Shown here: positions 53,603-60,586 of the stretch, piece by piece
Numbering within the stretch: position 1 is the stretch's first letter
Layout of the letters: each line of letters begins with the position of its first letter
Origin: Clostridiales bacterium
Lineage (GTDB): Bacteria > Bacillota > Clostridia > Monoglobales > WRBX01
Direction: 5' to 3'
Length of the DNA stretch: 64,000 nucleotides
Assembly: GCA_031261985.1 (NCBI GenBank)
Contig: JAISIR010000003.1
Coordinates: 26,924-90,923, forward strand
Notes under the pieces: model-generated
The model's input: the letters and a program-made list of their open reading frames with translations, nothing else
The model's database searches: none
What the model was told of the DNA's origin: nothing
Translations under genes and position numbers: made by a program

Positions 53603-55324
53603 ATGCCAAAATTAAAACCAAATGACATCTTAATAAATGCAATAGCCCTAGTACTAACTGTTCTGTTGGGCATGCGCATAGGCACCGCTTTAACCGAGTT
53701 TCCGGGTAAAGATTTAATCGTAACCGCACTAAACGATGCCTTAGCCCGCCCGCAACATATAGTGCTTGGCTTACCGCAAACCTTCCAGTTTGGAGCATAC
53801 GCCTTCTTCATCTACGCAGTTACATTTTTGTATATCCAAACTAATAAAAAGAACCTTATGCAAGGTAAAGAACATGGTACAGCCGAGTGGGGCAACCATA
53901 AAGACATCGCATCTATTATAGATTCTGACGATGACAAAAACATATTGTTTACCGAGTCAGAAAAAATGAGCCTAGACACTCATAAAACTCGTAAGAACCT
54001 AAACGTTATGGTTATCGGTGGTTCAGGTAGTGGTAAAACTCGCTTCTTTGTTAAACCTAATATAATGCAGCGTAACACTAGCTATATTATAACCGACCCA
54101 AAAGGCGAGCTGTTATCATCTACCAGCGGATTATTAGCCGAGGCAGGCTACAAAATAAGGGTGTTTAACCTAATAGATATGGCACATAGCAATTGCTATA
54201 ATCCATTTGCCTATCTAAAAGAAGATAAAGACGTAATGCGCCTTATCCGCACACTTATTAAAAATACTACCCCGCCTAACGCACAAGCTAACGACCCATT
54301 TTGGGAGAAATCCGAGACCGCGTTGCTAATGGCGCTTGTGTATTACTTGTTTTACGAGGCTCCACCAGAAGAACAAAACTTTAGCATGATAATGGAGTTA
54401 TTACGTGCCGCCGAAGTCCGCGAGACCGATGAGAACTTTGAAAGTGATTTAGATAGACTGTTTAATATGCTAGAAGAGAAAGACCCTAACCACGTTGCCC
54501 TAAAGCAATACAAGGTGTTTAAACAGGCAGCTGGTCAAACGGCAAAATCTATCTTGGTAAGTGCAAGCGTGCGTTTAGCACCATTTAATATCCGCGATAT
54601 TGGCGCACTAACCATCGACGATAATATCGATCTAGATAAAATTGGCGACGAAAAAACTGTTTTATATGCCGTTATCCCCGATAGTCACGATACTTACAAC
54701 TTTATAGTAGCCATGATGTATAGCCAAGTTTTCGAGTCACTATTCTATAAGGCAGACTTTGAATATGGCGGTAGGCTGCCAGTGCATGTGCGCTTCCTAC
54801 TAGACGAGTTTGCTAACATAGGTCAAATCCCCGATTTCGAGAAGATGGTTGCTACTATCCGAAGCCGCGAGATTTCTACTAGCATAATCATCCAGAACTT
54901 AGCTCAGCTTAAAACAATGTATAAAGATAGTTGGGAGAGTATAACCGGTAACTGCGATAGCACACTTTTCTTGGGCGGTCAAGAGCAATCTACGCTAGAG
55001 TACATATCTAAAGCCCTTGGCAAAAAAACTATCGATACCAAAACCACTAGCAAAAATAAAGGTAAAAGCGGTGGTACAACCGTTAACTTTAACATCCATG
55101 GGCGCGAACTTATGATGCCTGACGAAATAGGACGCATGCCCGACAACACTTGCATTTTGATGATGCGTGGCATGAGGCCGTTTAAATCTCATAAAATAGT
55201 GTTAGAGAAGCATAAAATGTATGGTAAATTATTCGATGGCAAAGGCGCACAAAGTTACGACTATCGCGACCACTTCGCTACACCTTACGATAAACTCGAC
55301 CACTTCTTTAATGAGTTTAAGTAA
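53603..55324 (+). CDS. Type IV coupling protein (VirD4/TraG family)
   Basis: Two N-terminal TM helices, Walker A 'VIGGSGSGKT', Walker B 'RFLLDEFANIG'. Start at ATG 53603 after GAGGTG. Confidence 0.85.
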   Translation: MPKLKPNDILINAIALVLTVLLGMRIGTALTEFPGKDLIVTALNDALARPQHIVLGLPQTFQFGAYAFFIYAVTFLYIQTNKKNLMQGKEHGTAEWGNHKDIASIIDSDDDKNILFTESEKMSLDTHKTRKNLNVMVIGGSGSGKTRFFVKPNIMQRNTSYIITDPKGELLSSTSGLLAEAGYKIRVFNLIDMAHSNCYNPFAYLKEDKDVMRLIRTLIKNTTPPNAQANDPFWEKSETALLMALVYYLFYEAPPEEQNFSMIMELLRAAEVRETDENFESDLDRLFNMLEEKDPNHVALKQYKVFKQAAGQTAKSILVSASVRLAPFNIRDIGALTIDDNIDLDKIGDEKTVLYAVIPDSHDTYNFIVAMMYSQVFESLFYKADFEYGGRLPVHVRFLLDEFANIGQIPDFEKMVATIRSREISTSIIIQNLAQLKTMYKDSWESITGNCDSTLFLGGQEQSTLEYISKALGKKTIDTKTTSKNKGKSGGTTVNFNIHGRELMMPDEIGRMPDNTCILMMRGMRPFKSHKIVLEKHKMYGKLFDGKGAQSYDYRDHFATPYDKLDHFFNEFK

Positions 55325-55364
55325 GGGCAAGCAATAAGCCAGAAGCCAGAAATATTGTAAAATT

Positions 55365-55400
55365 CCCGTCATTGCGGGCTACGACCCGCAATCTACACGC
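55365..55400 (+). repeat. Terminal hairpin motif, left of the GIY-YIG gene
   Basis: CCCGTCATTGCGGGCTACGACCCGCAATCTACACGC. The inverted partner is at 55833-55865. Confidence 0.8.
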
Positions 55401-55434
55401 AAATAAGGAATAGCAAAATAAAGAAGGGTAATAG

Positions 55435-55749
55435 ATGGATAAAAAATATTACGTCTACTTTATGAGTAATTACGATAATTCTGTTTTATATATAGGCGTA
55501 ACAAACAATTTAGTCCGTCGAGTATCTGAACATATAGAGAAACAAAAGTTAAAAGGCAAAAAGAAACCATTCACTTTTAAATATAATTGCAATCGTTTAG
55601 TTTATTATGAAGATTTTAATAGCATAAATCAAGCCATAGAGCGCGAGAAACAATTAAAAAATTGGAAGCGTGAGTGGAAAAACGAATTAGTAGAGAGGCG
55701 TAATCCAAATTGGTCAGATTTAAGTAGAATGATAGGCGCAAAGATGTAA
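55435..55749 (+). CDS. Small GIY-YIG nuclease (UPF0213/COG2827 type)
   Basis: 'YYVYFMSNYDNSVLYIGVTNNLVRRVSEH' carries the GIY...YIG...R motifs, with a downstream 'EREKQLKNW' glutamate. 104 aa. Confidence 0.8.
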   Translation: MDKKYYVYFMSNYDNSVLYIGVTNNLVRRVSEHIEKQKLKGKKKPFTFKYNCNRLVYYEDFNSINQAIEREKQLKNWKREWKNELVERRNPNWSDLSRMIGAKM

Positions 55750-55764
55750 AACAAGGTAGAGAGT

Positions 55765-55865
55765 TCCGTCATCCTGAACTTGATTCAGGATCTACACGCA
55801 ATGTTGTAATCGACTACTATCATTCAAAACAAGCATATAGATTGCGGGTCAAGCCCGCAATGACG
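55765..55865. repeat. ~100-bp double-hairpin palindromic unit right of the GIY-YIG gene
   Basis: TCCGTCATCCTGAACTTGATTCAGGATCTACACGC, 33 nt, GCATATAGATTGCGGGTCAAGCCCGCAATGACG. Confidence 0.8.
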
Positions 55866-56003
55866 TAACCAGATTTCTGCATTCTGCATTAGAACGAAGT
55901 TCTGCGTTCTGCATTATATACATTGTCCGCAACGACACTAAACTAACCCAACATGTAAAAATTTACAATATATATTCATCAAATCAAAAAGGAGATGTTT
56001 ACC

Positions 56004-56318
56004 ATGTTAAAATTCATCAAAGAGAAATTCACAAGGCTTGCAGTTTCTACAGGTGTTATGCTTAGCATGCCAATGACAGCGTTTGCAGTTACTATGCCAG
56101 CGATTGGCAGCGCAAACATGGATTCAGCCGATAGCGTGCTTTCATTGCTTTACAAAGGCATTCAGTACATTGGCGTAATATTTGTAGTATTCGGTGCTGT
56201 TCAAGCCGGCTTAGGTTTTAAAAACGACGATGCTGAGGGCAAAGCTAAAGGTATGCGTTCAGTTATCGCTGGTGCTATTGTTTGGGGTATTGGTGCACTT
56301 GTATCAGGAGTATCCTAA
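56004..56318 (+). CDS. Maff2-like small membrane protein, paralogue 1
   Basis: Signal/TM region then 'GAVQAGLGFKNDDAEGKAKGMRSVIAGAIV'. Start at ATG 56004. Confidence 0.5.
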   Translation: MLKFIKEKFTRLAVSTGVMLSMPMTAFAVTMPAIGSANMDSADSVLSLLYKGIQYIGVIFVVFGAVQAGLGFKNDDAEGKAKGMRSVIAGAIVWGIGALVSGVS

Positions 56319-56366
56319 ATAACATTTTAGTTAGCAGCAATAAAAGGAATTAAGGGGGAAGCAATC

Positions 56367-56939
56367 ATGCTTAACTTACATAAAAAAACTAAATTTTTCT
56401 GTGCAGGGTTATCAGCGCTGATTCTTCCCTTGCTTTTGCTGCCGCAACAAGTGCTTGCAGCCATTAATTTAGACCCTTCACAAGTAACCTCGGCAATGGA
56501 TGGCATTGGCGGCGGCGCGTATGGCAAAATAGGTAGCTACTTTTTAGGCGGCATATTTTGCATAGGCGTTGTATTGGTTACATTCGGTGCAGTTAAGTCT
56601 GGCATGGGTTTTAAAGATGAAGACTCTGCCGCAAAAATTCAAGGTATGCAATCAGTTATTGCGGGTGCATTATTAGCAGCTATTTCGTTAGTAACAGGCG
56701 TTTTTGGCTCGGCTACACGCCGAATTGCCGAAATCGAAGGCGTAGGCGAGACTATATCTCTACTATCGCAAGGAATTACATATTTAGGCGTAGCAACGCT
56801 TGTCTTTGGCGCAGTCCAAGCAGGCGCGGGCTTTAAAAACGACGATGCCGATGGTAAAGTAAAAGGTATGCGCACAGTTATTGCAGGTGCAATCGTCTTT
56901 GCCGTTGGTCAAGCAGCAGCTGCTGCAAGCGGTACTTAA
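56367..56939 (+). CDS. Maff2-like protein, paralogue 2 (two domains in tandem)
   Basis: 'GAVKSGMGFKDEDSAAKIQGMQSVIAGALL' and 'GAVQAGAGFKNDDADGKVKGMRTVIAGAIV'. Confidence 0.5.
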   Translation: MLNLHKKTKFFCAGLSALILPLLLLPQQVLAAINLDPSQVTSAMDGIGGGAYGKIGSYFLGGIFCIGVVLVTFGAVKSGMGFKDEDSAAKIQGMQSVIAGALLAAISLVTGVFGSATRRIAEIEGVGETISLLSQGITYLGVATLVFGAVQAGAGFKNDDADGKVKGMRTVIAGAIVFAVGQAAAAASGT

Positions 56940-56983
56940 TTGATTACTTTAAAAAAGCAAAATATCCCAAAGGGGTGTTTAAA

Positions 56984-57286
56984 ATGTATACAATAATACA
57001 AAAACTCAAAAAAATTGCATACGTCTGGGCGGTAACATTAGCCATTCCGCTGCAAGTTTGTGCTGCAGGATGGTCTGCCCCTGGTGGATATAGCACCATC
57101 GGCGGGTTCCTTGGCGAAGGCATTAAATATGTCGGCGCAGCAACCGCTTTGTTCGGCGCGGTTCAAGCTGCCATGGGCTTCCGTAAGGACGATAACGATG
57201 GCAAGATAAAAGGCATTCAAGGCGTTGTAGCAGGCGCGTTAACCTTTGCTATCGGTGGAATGGGCGCACAATTCTTTACCGCATAA
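56984..57286 (+). CDS. Maff2-like protein, paralogue 3
   Basis: 'GAVQAAMGFRKDDNDGKIKGIQGVVAGALT'. Start at ATG 56984 after AGGGGTG. Confidence 0.5.
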   Translation: MYTIIQKLKKIAYVWAVTLAIPLQVCAAGWSAPGGYSTIGGFLGEGIKYVGAATALFGAVQAAMGFRKDDNDGKIKGIQGVVAGALTFAIGGMGAQFFTA

Positions 57287-57346
57287 TTATTTGACATATA
57301 TCTGTCATTTAACACGCAAGATTTATCACGAAAGCAGGTGATTGCA

Positions 57347-57883
57347 ATGAAAAAACTCAAAACTATAGTGCTTGCACTTGTTGCCATTGCAATTATCCTT
57401 GTACCATCACCCGCCCTAGCAGAAGGCGAAGCCCAAGCTGTAAACGAATGGCTAGGCGGCGCATTTAACACGTTCGCTGGTGCCATGCTCTTCTTTGGCA
57501 TGGTCTCACTTAGCTTAGGGTTTATGGGTAACGACGATGCAGGCTTCCACTTTGACCGCGGCTGGAACAGTCGCAAACAACAAGGCTTAATTTTACTGTT
57601 TAGCGCAGGAATTTTAAATAGCCTAGGCGCAGACGGAGGCAGCATATTTAGCGCAATAACACCAGCCGATTGCACCGTTCCAGGTTTCACATGGATAGGA
57701 AAAGGCGCTAAGGAAATTGGCGGCATAGTAATGATGTATGGCATGGGGCAATTCGCCCTTAATATAGCAATGCCAGATATCGGCAGCCGCTTATGGGGCA
57801 TACGCTTGATAGTCGCTGGCGCGGCAATAACGCAGATAGGCGGCATTGCAAACCTTATATTGCCAGGGCTAGGAATAAGCTAA
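57347..57883 (+). CDS. Diverged Maff2-like membrane protein, paralogue 4
   Basis: Signal peptide 'PALAEG'. 'SLSLGFMGNDDAG' and a second hydrophobic/Gly-rich half. Confidence 0.4.
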   Translation: MKKLKTIVLALVAIAIILVPSPALAEGEAQAVNEWLGGAFNTFAGAMLFFGMVSLSLGFMGNDDAGFHFDRGWNSRKQQGLILLFSAGILNSLGADGGSIFSAITPADCTVPGFTWIGKGAKEIGGIVMMYGMGQFALNIAMPDIGSRLWGIRLIVAGAAITQIGGIANLILPGLGIS

Positions 57884-57936
57884 AGACTTTACCAAACCAA
57901 ACATATACCACTAACCAAAAAAAGGGGTTGTTTCCC

Positions 57937-58476
57937 ATGCTTATTACAAAACAAAAACTAAAAAAATTCTTTTCTAGCATCGGCGCTCGCGTTATAGCCC
58001 TTAGTGCTATTTTCGCCCTAACCCCTATCATCGCTTTAGCCGACCCTATAGCAGACGTCGCCGCCCCAGCAATAGGCTTTGCATCAAGGCTTATCGGCGG
58101 AGGCATAGTGCTTTTTGGCGCGTATCAAACAGCTTTAGCTTTTAAAGACGAAGCAGTGGGCGGCAAGGTAAAAGGTATTATGGTAATTGTAGCAGGCGCA
58201 ATGTTATACGCCTTAGGCGCAATGGATTTAAGCGGGTTTAGCGTGTATAGCAGCGGGCCAACACCCTTCCCAGGTGAAGGAAGCCTTTTACAAATTGCCA
58301 ACTCGATAGCTCAATGGATACCTGGTTTTGGCAGCGCAGCGGCATTATATGGCATATTTACCTTGATAATCGGCTTTAAAGACGATGCGCCAGGCGAGAA
58401 AATAAAAGGCATGAAGTTTATAGTCGGCGGCATAATGATGGCACAGATATGTGGCGTTGCACAAGCCTTGCTGTAA
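57937..58476 (+). CDS. Maff2-like protein, paralogue 5 (two domains)
   Basis: 'GAYQTALAFKDEAVGGKVKGIMVIVAGAML' and 'LIIGFKDDAPGEKIKGMKFIVGGIMM'. Start at ATG 57937. Confidence 0.5.
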   Translation: MLITKQKLKKFFSSIGARVIALSAIFALTPIIALADPIADVAAPAIGFASRLIGGGIVLFGAYQTALAFKDEAVGGKVKGIMVIVAGAMLYALGAMDLSGFSVYSSGPTPFPGEGSLLQIANSIAQWIPGFGSAAALYGIFTLIIGFKDDAPGEKIKGMKFIVGGIMMAQICGVAQALL

Positions 58477-58521
58477 AGGGAAATGATAAATGATAAATGA
58501 TAAATGATATTTCCTGGGCAC

Positions 58522-58620
58522 CTGTTATTGTGGACTTGATTCGCAATCTACACGCTAATGAGGAATGATATCAGTCAATTTCGACGAAGTGTATAGATCC
58601 TGAGTCAAGCTCAGGATGAC
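58522..58620. repeat. Gene-less ~100-bp double-hairpin palindromic unit (MITE-like)
   Basis: ...GGACTTGATTCGCAATCTACACGC, 33 nt, GTGTATAGATCCTGAGTCAAGCTCAGGATGAC. Same architecture as 55765-55865. Confidence 0.8.
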
Positions 58621-58712
58621 TATTTATAAATTGGAGCGTAGCGAGAATTTATTTCATTCATTCTCAATTCTCAATTATTCATTATTAATTGTTTTTTAGA
58701 GGGGTGTTTAAA

Positions 58713-60002
58713 ATGACAACACAATTAAGTATGAACCTACCAAAATTACATCGGTTCAAAAAAATACTACTCATTTTTATACTTAGCTTAACGCTAATCA
58801 CTACGGTGGCTAGTGTTTGCGATGTTGCCCCTATTTTAAGCCAATCAACCGGCAACACTGTGTATGCAGAACCTGTGATACCTACAGGCGAGAATCCGGA
58901 TGACTTATTAGGGCCAGCATTTGATGAAATAGCTGTTGCTGTAAATAGAGGATTAGGCTTAGATTTCAGCGATGGGTTTGGAGATGCAGTGGCTGCAATG
59001 GCACTATCGTTAGTTGCACTCTTTTTTGTAATAGAAGTTGTAAATAAAAGCGTGGCGTTAGAGAAAGTAACGATGGAAACAGTTATAAAGCTATTACTTC
59101 AATTGCTTGTAGCTAAAATATTAGTTGAAAATGCGCCAGAATTTATGGCAAAATTAGAATCGGGACTTACCGGGTTAGGTAACAAAATAGGAACAATAAC
59201 GTTAGCCGGTGGGGATGATGGCTGGAAAGGATTATTTAAAGGTTACACACATTTAGCTGGCACAAATGCCGAAACAGCATTAATAACTGATGGCGGCGGT
59301 GTATTTATAATAGTAAACTTATTAGCCTTAGCTAATACTATGGTTTTCTTTAACTTTATTATGCCGATAATCCAACTTATAGGTGGAGACCCATTTACAG
59401 GTAAGGCAATGGGCTTACTACTTCTTGTTCTTATCCCAGTGTATTATATTCAGTCGGGCGTAGCTATAGGTGCAGGCTTGGGGCTTGAAGCAGCATTCAG
59501 CGGTGCACCACCTGAGTTAGGCGTGCTTGAAGCTATTCTATCGGGCTGGACCAATTTGTTTGTAATGTGGGCTAATCTATTGATGATCGCATTAAATGGA
59601 GTTGCGTATTTATTATCTATTGTAGTTGTTAAAGTATTGCAGTTTTTTATATACATAGATTTATTACTAAGAGCTCTAGAACTGCAACTATTATTAGCTC
59701 TATCTCCATTGGCTATGGCAGCGTTTGTATCCGACGAATTTAGAAGCAACACCAAAAAGTTTATAATGAGTTTTGCAACCGTTTGTTTGCAAGGTGTTAT
59801 AATTGTTATTATGTGTAGAGTGTGTAAAGCGTTGTTTACCTTCGACGAAGGCACAGGGCTTTTAGGTAAAATGATGATAGCTGGCAATATAATGATGCCA
59901 AACCCTTTTAATACACTACTTACGCCTATAATAGGAATGTTATCGCTTAAAATGCTAATCGGTAAATCACGCGGGTTCGCCAGCGCAATTTTGGGCGGTT
60001 AA
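58713..60002 (+). CDS. VirB6/TrbL-like polytopic T4SS membrane protein (CD3337/EF1877-type)
   Basis: Signal/TM region plus at least 6 TM helices. Sits between the Maff2 and PrgI/VirB4 genes, as in Firmicute ICEs. Start at ATG 58713. Confidence 0.6.
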   Translation: MTTQLSMNLPKLHRFKKILLIFILSLTLITTVASVCDVAPILSQSTGNTVYAEPVIPTGENPDDLLGPAFDEIAVAVNRGLGLDFSDGFGDAVAAMALSLVALFFVIEVVNKSVALEKVTMETVIKLLLQLLVAKILVENAPEFMAKLESGLTGLGNKIGTITLAGGDDGWKGLFKGYTHLAGTNAETALITDGGGVFIIVNLLALANTMVFFNFIMPIIQLIGGDPFTGKAMGLLLLVLIPVYYIQSGVAIGAGLGLEAAFSGAPPELGVLEAILSGWTNLFVMWANLLMIALNGVAYLLSIVVVKVLQFFIYIDLLLRALELQLLLALSPLAMAAFVSDEFRSNTKKFIMSFATVCLQGVIIVIMCRVCKALFTFDEGTGLLGKMMIAGNIMMPNPFNTLLTPIIGMLSLKMLIGKSRGFASAILGG

Positions 60003-60110
60003 TGTAGAATTGAGAATGAACACAATTAAATTTTAGAAAGTAAAATTTAATTTCCTTCATTTTGTATTATTAGTTATTAATTTTTAATTGTTTTTTAAGG
60101 TGGTGATTGT

Positions 60111-60500
60111 ATGATAGAAATTAGAATACCAAAAGAGATTAACGAATATAAAGAGCGGTTATTCTTAAGCTTTACCCTACGTCAAACATTATCTATCGTA
60201 GGTATATTAGCCATAAACGTACCGCTGTGGTGGTTGGTTGCTCCCATAATTGGTAACGATTTAGCCGGGTGGATTTGTATCATCAACGCACCCATAATTG
60301 GCGCGATAGGCTTTTACCGCCCTAACGGAATGCCGCTAGAAAAATATATAGGCTTTATTTTTGTCACTACTTTTATTTATCCACCTAATAGAGCATATAA
60401 AACCGATAATATATTCGAGGAGATTGCACTTATTATAGATAGAGAGCGCGAGGCTGCAGAACGTGGCGGCTCACGCGGGTTTAAGTTGGGGAAGAGGTAA
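60111..60500 (+). CDS. PrgI/TcpE-like (VirB3-like) small T4SS membrane protein
   Basis: 129 aa with two adjacent TM helices, directly upstream of VirB4. AAGGTGG RBS. Confidence 0.55.
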   Translation: MIEIRIPKEINEYKERLFLSFTLRQTLSIVGILAINVPLWWLVAPIIGNDLAGWICIINAPIIGAIGFYRPNGMPLEKYIGFIFVTTFIYPPNRAYKTDNIFEEIALIIDREREAAERGGSRGFKLGKR

Positions 60501-60586
60501 AACCAAGCCACACAACACAACCACGAATTACTAAATATTGATACAATAGTTGCTCCGGGGAGGGAGTGAGATAGGGTGAATTAATT

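Noticed and set aside
57217-57846. 209-aa minus-strand ORF across the Maff2-like genes
   Set aside because: It is antisense to two well-supported plus-strand genes that have RBSs and conserved motifs. It stays open because the Gly/Ala-rich sense strand is GC-rich.
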